From: Candidatus Magasanikbacteria bacterium GW2011_GWA2_37_8
GTDB lineage: Bacteria; Patescibacteriota; Patescibacteriia; Magasanikbacterales; GWA2-37-8
Reading direction: 5' to 3'
NCBI GenBank assembly: GCA_000992085.1
Contig: LBTN01000003.1
Coordinates: 1 to 46,804 of the forward strand
Length of the DNA stretch: 46,804 nt
Below the pieces are notes generated by a model that saw nothing but the letters and a program-made list of their open reading frames with translations, was not told the DNA's origin and did no database searches. Shown one piece after another: positions 17,602 to 26,786 of this stretch. Position 1 is the first letter of the stretch, and every line of letters starts with the position of its first letter. Position numbers and translations under genes: made by a program.

Positions 17602-18849
17602 TTAAAATACCCCAGCAAACGAAGCAACTACTAAAGTTATTGTAGCAATAATAATACCAATAATTGTTGCCCAGGAAATTATATTTCCAACTAATTTATT
17701 AACATGCTCACCCATGATTTTTTTATTATTAATAATTTTCATGACAAAAATTAAAATAAACGGCAGCAAAATTCCGTTAATATCCTGCGACCAAACCATA
17801 ATTTTGATTAATGAAACTTTGGGGATAAGAACAATTAAGGCTGGTAAAATAATGGCAATTAAAATAATACTATAAAAAGTTTTGCCGTTTTCCCATGTAG
17901 TATTAAAGCCCGACTCCCAGCCAAAAGCTTCACAAAAAGCATAGGCGGTAGCTACTGGTAAAATAAAAGCACCCAACATAGAGGCGCTAAACAAACCAAA
18001 TGCAAACAAATATTGAGCCATATCTCCGGCTAATGGCCGCAAAGCCAACGCAGCATCAGCGGCATTTTCAATTCTAACACCATGTTTGTAGAGGGTCGCG
18101 GCAGTACTAATAATAATAAAAAAACTAACTATGTCGGTAATAAACGCTCCCAAAAATACTTCCCCTTTTTCGGCACGATAATGTTTGATGTTTAAACCTT
18201 TGTCTACCACATATGATTGAATAAAAAATTGCCCCCACGGAGTAATAGTGGTACCAATCAAGGCAATCATGGTAAGTAAAAATGGCGCTGTCCATTCGAT
18301 AGTAGGCGTAACCATATCTTTGGCAGCCTGAACAAAGTCTGGTTCAACAATAAAACCATTAATAATATAGACAATATAAAAAGCCGAAAAAATCAAAAAT
18401 ATTTTTTGAGTAGTTTTAAATGAACCCTTATACAGAACAAACCAGACTGATAAGGCTGCTAAAGGTACCGACCAGTATTTACCAATATCAAAAATTGAGA
18501 ACGAGGCAGCGATACCAGCAAATTCGGCCGTAATAGTGCCTAAGTTAGCAACCAACAGTGCTAGCATGGCAAAAGCTGTCCAGCGCACACCAAAATGCTC
18601 TCTAATCAACCCCCCTAAACCTTGGCGAGTAACCAAACCAATACGCACGCCCATTTCTTGGGTAATTGCCAAAGAAAAGGTAATTAAAAGCAAAACCCAT
18701 AACATTTTGGTACCAAAATGAGCACCTACCACCGAGTAAGTAGTAATACCACCAGCGTCGTTGTCGGCATTAGCCGAAATAATACCTGGGCCAACAACAC
18801 TAAAGAAGAATAACGCTTTTACCCAATATCTACGAAAAAAATCTTTCAT
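17602..18849 (-). CDS. NRAMP/SLC11-family transporter with a non-canonical metal site (NRMT-like; possible Mg2+ transporter).
   Basis: The fold is NRAMP-like (GPGIISANADNDAGGITTYSVVGAHFGTKMLWVLL). DPGN is replaced by DAGG, and TM6 GA(T/V)(I/V)MPH is replaced by GTTITPW. I place the start at MKDFF (ATG complement of 18847-18849) rather than the track's 18888. Confidence 0.8.
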   Translation of the reverse strand: MKDFFRRYWVKALFFFSVVGPGIISANADNDAGGITTYSVVGAHFGTKMLWVLLLITFSLAITQEMGVRIGLVTRQGLGGLIREHFGVRWTAFAMLALLVANLGTITAEFAGIAASFSIFDIGKYWSVPLAALSVWFVLYKGSFKTTQKIFLIFSAFYIVYIINGFIVEPDFVQAAKDMVTPTIEWTAPFLLTMIALIGTTITPWGQFFIQSYVVDKGLNIKHYRAEKGEVFLGAFITDIVSFFIIISTAATLYKHGVRIENAADAALALRPLAGDMAQYLFAFGLFSASMLGAFILPVATAYAFCEAFGWESGFNTTWENGKTFYSIILIAIILPALIVLIPKVSLIKIMVWSQDINGILLPFILIFVMKIINNKKIMGEHVNKLVGNIISWATIIGIIIATITLVVASFAGVF

Positions 18850-18850
18850 A

Positions 18851-20068
18851 CTAAGCTTTAGGGGCAAGTAACCGCATAACATCATCAATTGTTACTACGC
18901 CCAATAATTTTTTACTTTCATCTAATACTACTGCTGTATACAAATCGTATTTAGTCATCACATTCATAATTTCTTCTACATCATCTTCGGGTGACAAGGT
19001 TGAGCTAATAGGATAATTTTTTAACAAATCTCCTAGCTTTATATCATTATCGCTAATTAGAAGCCAACGCATCGACACCGAACCTAAAAATACATTACTG
19101 GTGTCAACAATATAAATATAAACAATGCTACGCAAACTAGGTGAAGCACGTTTGATTTCGGCAATAGCTTCGCCCACAGTTTTTTCGGGAGAAAAGGCCA
19201 AATAATCCAAGGTCATTAAACCACCGGCCGTATCATCTTCGTAAAGAAACAAATTTTCTAACTTTTTTACTTTTCCTTTTTGAATACGATTTAAAAATAA
19301 TCGCGCTTCTTCTTTAGGTAACATTTTCATTAGGTCTACCACTTCGTCGGTAGACATGTTTGCCAAAATGCTAGCCGCCTGTTCTGGGCCTAAGTATTTT
19401 ACTAATATCTTTTGCAAATGTGGATCAACTTCTTCTAAAACTTTAGCAGCGTCTTTCGCGTCCAATGCTTGTACTAAACCACTACCATGACGTAAACTTA
19501 AACTTTCTAAAATATTAGCCAAATCGGCAGGATGTAATTTGGTTAAACTTTTTGCAGCTAAATTTAATTGAATACCTTTGTTATGCACCAATTGGGCGTG
19601 GCGCCAATCAATTAAATTGCCTGCCAAAATTCTTTCTAAACCTAACCAAGATAAACCCAAGCGCCTAAGTAACCCCTTGATACCTACATCAATTCCCAAC
19701 ACGCTCATGTGACCATTAAATTCTCCGATTCTCAAATCGTTTACCCGCACTACTCGTGCTCCAGATAAATCAACAATTTGTTGATCTAAAACATTGCGCC
19801 GTAAACAAATCCACTCTTCTTCTTTTACTGGTGTAGGTTGGATTTTACTAAACAAAGCATTTAAACTTACTTCTTCTTTGCTTAAAGTTTCTACAAAAGC
19901 ATACGGAATATATACCAAATCTGGATTATTTTTTAAACGAATTGCCAAAAAACTAACTGGAGCATAATCTCCGGGGGTAGCTTTAACCAAAATATCGTCT
20001 AATTTCCCAATTATCGCTTCGGAACTATCGCGTACTTTGCTATTTAACAAATGGCTAATATATGGCAT
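18851..20068 (-). CDS. Soluble PRC-barrel + MgtE N-terminal domain + CBS-pair protein (no TM domain).
   Basis: 405 aa. The N-terminus is PRC-barrel-like, followed by an MgtE_N-like segment (LHPADLANILESLS...VLEEVDP...) and C-terminal CBS-pair-like sequence ending ...LLGVVTIDDVMRLLAPKA. No hydrophobic helices are present. Confidence 0.7.
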   Translation of the reverse strand: MPYISHLLNSKVRDSSEAIIGKLDDILVKATPGDYAPVSFLAIRLKNNPDLVYIPYAFVETLSKEEVSLNALFSKIQPTPVKEEEWICLRRNVLDQQIVDLSGARVVRVNDLRIGEFNGHMSVLGIDVGIKGLLRRLGLSWLGLERILAGNLIDWRHAQLVHNKGIQLNLAAKSLTKLHPADLANILESLSLRHGSGLVQALDAKDAAKVLEEVDPHLQKILVKYLGPEQAASILANMSTDEVVDLMKMLPKEEARLFLNRIQKGKVKKLENLFLYEDDTAGGLMTLDYLAFSPEKTVGEAIAEIKRASPSLRSIVYIYIVDTSNVFLGSVSMRWLLISDNDIKLGDLLKNYPISSTLSPEDDVEEIMNVMTKYDLYTAVVLDESKKLLGVVTIDDVMRLLAPKA

Positions 20069-20197
20069 ATATTTTTTATAAAAATATCAAAAACAATTAC
20101 AGTATACTCCGAAAAACCAAAAATGGCAAACAACTGGGGTTGTTTTTTTTGATTTAAATTGATAGAGTATAGCCATGTATTATTATTTACTCCAAAT

Positions 20198-21340
20198 ATG
20201 AAAATCGGTATTGACGCCCGTATGTATGGGCCAAAACAAGGCGGACTAGGGCGCTATGTTGAGCAGCTGGTTTTAGAATTGGAAAAAATTGATAATCAAA
20301 ATGAATTTGTAATATTTTTACGTGCTGATAATTGGAATGAATACACTCCGAGTAAACCAAACTTTAAAAAAGTTTTGGCTAATATTTCTTGGTATGGATG
20401 GCAAGAGCAATTTAAATTAACGCCTATTATAAAAAAAGAAAAAGTAGATTTAATGCATTTTCCACATTGGAACATACCCTTGTTTTACAATGATCCATTT
20501 ATTGTTACTATTCACGATTTAATATTACTTCACTACTCTACTCGCCAAGCTAGCACCCTCGGTCCAATTACTTACTGGTTTAAAAATTTGCTATTTAAAA
20601 AAGTATTACGCCACGCGGTAAACAAAGCCGAACATATTATTACACCAAGCGAATTTACCAAACAAGACGTAATGAAAAATTTAAATATCCCACCAGAAAA
20701 AATCACCACCACCCTTTTGGCACCAAACCAACATTACAGTAATACAACACAACAGCAATTTAACAATTTAACAATTCAACAATTTAACATTACCAAACCA
20801 TACATACTTTATGTCGGCGTGGCTTTTCCACATAAAAATTTAGAAGGATTATTGAAAGCTTGGAAAATATTTTGTGAAAAATATGGCAATAATTATCAAC
20901 TAGTTTTAGCTGGCAAAAAAAATTATTTTTACCAAACAATCATTAACAATTTAACAATCCAACAATTTAACAATGTAACTTTTATAGACTTTCCTTCCGA
21001 CTCCGAACTGTCCTTTTTATACAAAAATGCCTCCCTTTTTGTTTTTCCTTCACTTTATGAAGGTTTTGGTATCCCCCCACTTGAAGCTATGCAAATCAAC
21101 TTACCAGTCGCCTCGTCTAGCAGCTCTTGCTTACCAGAAATTTTAGAAGATGCGGCTGTTTATTTTGATCCTAACAATTATCCTGAAATGGCTGATACAA
21201 TTTATAGTGGCTTAACCAACCAAAATTTACGTCAAAACCTGCAAAAAAACGCTATCAAACTTCTGGCTAAATATTCTTGGCACGAAACTGCCAAAAAAAC
21301 TAGCCAAATCTACTTAATGGTGGATAAATCATCAAATTAA
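20198..21340 (+). CDS. Glycosyltransferase, GT4 / group-1 family, carrying two in-frame NNLTIQQFN repeat insertions.
   Basis: MKIGIDARMYGPKQGGLGRYVEQL..., YVGVAFPHKNLEGLL and FPSLYEGFGIPPLEAMQINLPV. I prefer the ATG at 20198 over the track's TTG at 20159. Confidence 0.8.
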   Translation: MKIGIDARMYGPKQGGLGRYVEQLVLELEKIDNQNEFVIFLRADNWNEYTPSKPNFKKVLANISWYGWQEQFKLTPIIKKEKVDLMHFPHWNIPLFYNDPFIVTIHDLILLHYSTRQASTLGPITYWFKNLLFKKVLRHAVNKAEHIITPSEFTKQDVMKNLNIPPEKITTTLLAPNQHYSNTTQQQFNNLTIQQFNITKPYILYVGVAFPHKNLEGLLKAWKIFCEKYGNNYQLVLAGKKNYFYQTIINNLTIQQFNNVTFIDFPSDSELSFLYKNASLFVFPSLYEGFGIPPLEAMQINLPVASSSSSCLPEILEDAAVYFDPNNYPEMADTIYSGLTNQNLRQNLQKNAIKLLAKYSWHETAKKTSQIYLMVDKSSN

Positions 21341-21378
21341 TTCGTGCAAAATACACCTAAATAGTGTATAATATTAGC

Positions 21379-23907
21379 ATGACTAAACGAAAAATAAATC
21401 CTCGCCCAGAAGTGCGTTGTTGTGCTACCTGTGGCAAACGTGGGCATAATCGCTCCACCTGTCCAGAAATAGCAAAAACAACTAACGTAAAAACTCAACC
21501 GACATTTACCCCGGTTAAATTTTTTGTTCATCACGTTACTACATCCTCTTCCCATTCTCCACATGTGGTAAATCTACGCACTAATCAAAGTTCTACTTGG
21601 GACAATGTAAATAGCGTGGCACCAAAACAATCCACCAATCCGCTTTACCATTTTTATCACGAACAATCAAAAACATCACCAACAAAAACAGAGATCGCCA
21701 CCCCACTTTTTGCTGATTTACAAATAAACCAAAAAAATATTACCAAAGATACTATCGTATCTTCCAAACCTCAAAAAATCAAAAAAAACAAACAGAAGAA
21801 AGATTATCACCTTAAACAAAAAATATCTAACTTAAAAAACAAAATAAAAGAAAATACTACCAACGCAAACAATGCTGTTAAAAAAGTCATTTTGCAAACT
21901 CTGCCGATCAAACGCATGGCTGTTGGCATAATTATCTTAATAACAATAATTATCGCGCCCATTCGAGCTAATAGTTTTTATGAAGATGTTAAAAAAACTA
22001 CCAATAATATTACCAGAGATAGCACAGCTGGATTTGCCTCTCTTCAAGAATCAACTATCGCCTTAATGCACGCTGATTTATCAACAGCCGAAAATTCTAT
22101 CACCGATGCGCTGACTAGCTTCGAATCGGCTGTTTCTACTATGCAAAACAAGCATCGTTGGTTGCAAAGCATCGTTTCGGGGATACCTGTTTTAAGTGGC
22201 GAAGTACAAAGTAGACAAAACCTAATTTTAGCAGGTCAAGAATTTGCTTTGGGCAATACCTATCTATTAAAAGGCATTGCCGAAAGCCAAGCTAATGCCG
22301 CCGATACTGTTACCAGCCGTATTAATACAATTGTTATCCACCTTAAAGCAGCGATTCCAAATTATCAAAAAGCACTCGATCATTTAAGCAGCGTAAAAAC
22401 TAATACTCTACCCCTTGCCTATCAAGCACCCTTTAATGAATTTAAGATTTTATTTGCAGCCGGATTAAATGATTTCAAAAATTTAGCCGACCTCGGTCAA
22501 TCAATTCAAGAAATTTTTGGCGGCCAAGGCACTCGACGATACCTGTTGGTTTTTCAAAACGAAAATGAAATCCGCCCCACCGGTGGTTTTATGGGTAGCT
22601 TTGCTTTAATCGAAATCAAAGATGGTAATATCGTTAAATTAACCGTACCTCCTGGTGGCACCTACGATTTAAAAGGTCAATTAGACACATACCTCAAACC
22701 ACCAGATCCGTTATTACTAGCTAATAAACGCTGGGAGTTCCAAGACTCTAATTGGTTTCCAGATTTTCCCGCTAGTGCCGAAAAAATGCTTTGGTTTTAT
22801 CAACATAGCCGCAAAATTACCGCTGACGGTGTAATTGCAATTAATTCTAGCGTATTGGAAAGATTATTATCCATTACTGGTCCCATTACCGATACTAAAC
22901 GTGATATAATTTTGGCCCAAAACAGCGCTATAGATACAATCCAAACTATTGTAGAAACTGGACCAGAAAAACAGGCTAATAAACCCAAACAAATTCTAAC
23001 AGACTTGGCACCGCAATTTATTGAATATTTCAAAAATGCCAAACCAGCCGATTTATTACCATTATTAGTTAATTTAAATGAGGCACTTGGTAAAAAAGAA
23101 ATCCAAACATATTTTACCGATACAAAAACCGAACGTACAATTCAATCTTTTGGTTGGGGCGGTCAAATTCTACCCACCACCCCTGATCAAGATTACTTAA
23201 TGGTGATTAACACTAATATCCAAGGACAAAAAAGTGACGCTCGAATAAAACAAACTATCAGCCACCAAGCAGTAATTGAAGACGATGGTCAAATTATCGA
23301 TACCGTAGTTATTACTCGCTCTCATACTGGCAGAGCCGAAGAAAATTTGTATGGGGCAAATAACATCGACTACATAAGAATTTATGTGCCGGCTGGCAGT
23401 CAATTATTATCGGCTAACGGTTTTAGTTGGCCAGATGAAAAAAAATTTCTTGTTCCAGAAAATTATTACACCAACGATGCTTGGTTAAAAACATTAGAAA
23501 AAGAAGTGAATATTGATAGTCAAAGCGGCACAAGGATTACTAACGAATTTGGCAAAACCACCTTTGGTAATTGGATTATTACAGAACCAGGAAAAACCAA
23601 CCAAGTAGAATTTACCTACCGCCTACCTTATAAATTAGATACTACAGATAATAAAAGCAGCTCAATATTAAGAGATATTATTTTACCAAAAGATTTGGCC
23701 GCCCATTATCAGCTTATTGTTCAACGTCAGTCTGGTTGTGAAAGTACTTTCGAAAGTCAAATAATTTTCCCCAATTTTTGGCAACCAGCTTGGAAAGAAG
23801 GAGATGGTGTAACCTTGGCCAGTAACGGTATAACTATCGAACCAACAAACCTAGAAACAGATAGAAATTGGGGTGTAGTATTAAAGAAAACAACAAAAAA
23901 TCAATAA
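21379..23907 (+). CDS. DUF4012-like membrane-anchored protein with an N-terminal CCHC zinc knuckle.
   Basis: RYLLVFQNENEIRPTGGFMGSFALIEIKDGNI is the hallmark DUF4012 block, as I recall it. There is one TM helix (AVGIIILITIIIAPI). The N-terminus contains CATCGKRGHNRSTC (CX2CX4HX4C). I prefer the ATG at 21379 over GTG at 21364. Confidence 0.7.
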   Translation: MTKRKINPRPEVRCCATCGKRGHNRSTCPEIAKTTNVKTQPTFTPVKFFVHHVTTSSSHSPHVVNLRTNQSSTWDNVNSVAPKQSTNPLYHFYHEQSKTSPTKTEIATPLFADLQINQKNITKDTIVSSKPQKIKKNKQKKDYHLKQKISNLKNKIKENTTNANNAVKKVILQTLPIKRMAVGIIILITIIIAPIRANSFYEDVKKTTNNITRDSTAGFASLQESTIALMHADLSTAENSITDALTSFESAVSTMQNKHRWLQSIVSGIPVLSGEVQSRQNLILAGQEFALGNTYLLKGIAESQANAADTVTSRINTIVIHLKAAIPNYQKALDHLSSVKTNTLPLAYQAPFNEFKILFAAGLNDFKNLADLGQSIQEIFGGQGTRRYLLVFQNENEIRPTGGFMGSFALIEIKDGNIVKLTVPPGGTYDLKGQLDTYLKPPDPLLLANKRWEFQDSNWFPDFPASAEKMLWFYQHSRKITADGVIAINSSVLERLLSITGPITDTKRDIILAQNSAIDTIQTIVETGPEKQANKPKQILTDLAPQFIEYFKNAKPADLLPLLVNLNEALGKKEIQTYFTDTKTERTIQSFGWGGQILPTTPDQDYLMVINTNIQGQKSDARIKQTISHQAVIEDDGQIIDTVVITRSHTGRAEENLYGANNIDYIRIYVPAGSQLLSANGFSWPDEKKFLVPENYYTNDAWLKTLEKEVNIDSQSGTRITNEFGKTTFGNWIITEPGKTNQVEFTYRLPYKLDTTDNKSSSILRDIILPKDLAAHYQLIVQRQSGCESTFESQIIFPNFWQPAWKEGDGVTLASNGITIEPTNLETDRNWGVVLKKTTKNQ

Positions 23908-23927
23908 TTATTATTTAATATTTTATT

Positions 23928-25835
23928 ATGCCAAACGAAGCACCCATATTTTCATCACAACCACTAAAAGAAGTAGCTAAGCCAAAAACTACTCGCCGCC
24001 GAACTACTACAACCCGCCAACGGGCTGCTTTAAAAATCGACAAACCAAGTGCTACTACTACCGCTAAAATTGATCGAAAATTAGACTCGATTTATAAAGA
24101 CGATAATGGCTCCTTGCCAAATATGAAACAGATAAAAATTAAACGCCGAGGTAGCCCAATTTTACGTTCTTTATTCTGGTTATTTCTAGTTGGTGGTTTA
24201 TTGGCAGCTGCGGCTTGGGCTGGATTTTTTATAATGCCCGCTAACAAAATTTCTGAAGAAAAGGTTGTTCTTAAAATAAACGGCCCAGAACTATTAACCC
24301 TAGGCGCCACATCTACATACACCATCGTTTTCGAAAACAAACAAAATATTTCTCTAAGTAATGTAGTGATGTCGGTACGCTACCCCAAAGGTTTTGTATT
24401 TTTGTCCAGCTCGTTGGCCGCTCGCAATCAAAATAAAAACGAATGGGACTTGGGTGCAATTCCCGCCTACAAAAAGAACGAAATTACCATTACTGGCTTA
24501 ACATATGGCCCAATTGATGAAGATCAATCTTGGCGTGTTTTCTTAAATTATAAACCAGAAAACCTAAATTCCGAGTTACAAAAAATGGCTACCCTAATTA
24601 CAAAAATTAATGCCACACCATTTATGGTTGCATTGGCTGGACCAGATAAGATAACTGTGGGCGACGAAACAGAATATACTATTACTTTAGAAACTAATAA
24701 CTCTACTTGGCCAACAAAACTATTTGTCGCCCCTACTTGGCCTGCTAATTTTTACATTACCACCTCCACTTTACCAATAGAAAAAACTAATCATTGGTTT
24801 TTAATTTCTACCCCAGCAAACGCAACCAGTACTCCTAACCAATATATTATTAAAGTCCGAGGTAAGTTTAGCGACAGTACCGACACTTCGGCCACTACCA
24901 AAGTAGCGCTACTATTGCCTACCGATTCTTCCCCTACCCCATATACCATTGCCACAGCTACAGTTAACACTGAATTAATCAAAAATAGTGTTAACCTTGC
25001 TATGGCTATTAACGGATCTTTAACTGGCGTTTCTACTCGCCCCGGTGATATTTTAAATATTACTTTGTCCTTAAAAAATACTAGTGGCAAAGATATTAAC
25101 AAAGCAGTTGTTAAACTAAACCTAGATGCTCCAGCTTACAAAAAAATCAGTGTTTTGGATTGGAACAATATTGTTGATAAAAATGATGGAGATATCCAAG
25201 GTCAACAAATTTCCGACACAATTCGTCGTGGACAAATTATTTGGAGGGGCAGTAATATCGCCGCGTTAAATAAGATAAAAAATAACGACGAAATTACAAT
25301 TGATGTACGTCTACCCTTAAAAGATATAAAGGCTATTTCTTGGAGCAACATTACTGAATATAAGATTATGGCTACAACCGAAATTACCTATGTAGACGCT
25401 ACTGGCGCTACCCAAACAATTACTGCCAACCCTACCAATCTCATAATTAATTCCGACCTAAACTTAGAAATTCGAGACAAAGTGGAAAATAACGCTAGCG
25501 GCAAAGAAGAGCATGCTATTAACTGGGTTTTAACCAATACTTTTCATGCCTTAAAAAATATTACACTATCAGCTGATCTTTATGGCGATATTTCATGGCA
25601 AGGTCCGGAAAAAGTTTCTATTGGCACGGTCAATTATGATGATAAAACCAAAAAATTAATTTGGACAATCCCAGAATTACCAGAAAATGTTGATATCGCT
25701 GCTCTACCATTTATAGTTACCATAAACCAAAAGAATCCCACCCAAAATTTATTAGTTTCCAAAGTACGGCTACAAGGCGAAGACACCGTAACTGGAGAAA
25801 AACTTGATCTGCTAGGAAACGAGATTGGATTATAA
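23928..25835 (+). CDS. Hypothetical membrane-anchored surface protein with repeated beta-rich (DUF11/CARDB-like) modules.
   Basis: 635 aa. It has a basic N-terminus, one TM helix (LFWLFLVGGLLAAAAWAGFFI) and then repetitive T/N/I-rich beta-like segments. The function is unknown. Confidence 0.5.
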   Translation: MPNEAPIFSSQPLKEVAKPKTTRRRTTTTRQRAALKIDKPSATTTAKIDRKLDSIYKDDNGSLPNMKQIKIKRRGSPILRSLFWLFLVGGLLAAAAWAGFFIMPANKISEEKVVLKINGPELLTLGATSTYTIVFENKQNISLSNVVMSVRYPKGFVFLSSSLAARNQNKNEWDLGAIPAYKKNEITITGLTYGPIDEDQSWRVFLNYKPENLNSELQKMATLITKINATPFMVALAGPDKITVGDETEYTITLETNNSTWPTKLFVAPTWPANFYITTSTLPIEKTNHWFLISTPANATSTPNQYIIKVRGKFSDSTDTSATTKVALLLPTDSSPTPYTIATATVNTELIKNSVNLAMAINGSLTGVSTRPGDILNITLSLKNTSGKDINKAVVKLNLDAPAYKKISVLDWNNIVDKNDGDIQGQQISDTIRRGQIIWRGSNIAALNKIKNNDEITIDVRLPLKDIKAISWSNITEYKIMATTEITYVDATGATQTITANPTNLIINSDLNLEIRDKVENNASGKEEHAINWVLTNTFHALKNITLSADLYGDISWQGPEKVSIGTVNYDDKTKKLIWTIPELPENVDIAALPFIVTINQKNPTQNLLVSKVRLQGEDTVTGEKLDLLGNEIGL

Positions 25836-25843
25836 AATAAAAA

Positions 25844-26785
25844 TTATTTTAAAAACTTCTTTACTAATTTTTCTGCTAGTTTAAAATCATTTTTACTTAT
25901 CCAATTGATCCGCTTATTTCGCTTAAACCAAGTCATTTGTTTTTTAGCATACCGTCTGGTATCGCGTTTTAATATCTCAATTGCTTCAGGCAAACTTAAT
26001 TCTCCTTTTAAATAATACCCAATTTGGCGATAACCAATACTACTCATACTTGGCAAATCCCAAGGATATTTTTTTACTAACTTTTGAGTTTCCTCTAACA
26101 AACCCTCATCCATTTGAACTTCTACTCGTTTATTTACTCGTTCATACAACTCTTCTCGTGGCCAATTTAAACCAATTTGTAAAACATTGTATAACGGCGC
26201 CGATTTTGTTTGTTGGGGGACAAAAGAATCGCCGTTGGTTATTACCACTTCTAACGCCCTAAGTACTCGTCGGGGATTTTTTAAATCAATCTGTTTAGCG
26301 CTGGTTGGGTCAAGACCTTTCAATAATTTTACTAATTCTAATAAAGGTTTTTTCTCTAAACTCTCACGTAATTTTTTATTTGGCAAAACTTTGGGAATAT
26401 CTAAATTATCTATAATGGCCCATATATATAATCCCGTACCACCAACAACAATTGGAACCCTACCGCGCGATAAAATATTATCGACCACTTCCAAAGCTAA
26501 TTGTTTAAAATCCGCCAAGCTAAAGTCTTTATCAGGTCTTACAATATCCATCAGATGATGCACCACACCATCCACAACATATTCTTGATTCTTAATTCTT
26601 GATTCTCGCCTCTCTTTACACACTGGCTTCGCCGTTGCAATATTCATCTCTTTATATACTTGTCTAGAATCAGCGTTAACAATCTCGCCATTGTATTTTT
26701 TAGCTAAAGCAATACCTAGATCTGTTTTACCAGAGGCAGTCGGACCCAACACTACAATAATTTTCGGTAATTTACTTTTTGGCAT
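25844..26785 (-). CDS. miaA: tRNA dimethylallyltransferase.
   Basis: P-loop VVLGPTASGKTDLGIALAK, NADSRQVYKEMNIATAKP and GGTGLY. The family is clear. Confidence 0.9.
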   Translation of the reverse strand: MPKSKLPKIIVVLGPTASGKTDLGIALAKKYNGEIVNADSRQVYKEMNIATAKPVCKERRESRIKNQEYVVDGVVHHLMDIVRPDKDFSLADFKQLALEVVDNILSRGRVPIVVGGTGLYIWAIIDNLDIPKVLPNKKLRESLEKKPLLELVKLLKGLDPTSAKQIDLKNPRRVLRALEVVITNGDSFVPQQTKSAPLYNVLQIGLNWPREELYERVNKRVEVQMDEGLLEETQKLVKKYPWDLPSMSSIGYRQIGYYLKGELSLPEAIEILKRDTRRYAKKQMTWFKRNKRINWISKNDFKLAEKLVKKFLK

Positions 26786-26786
26786 A

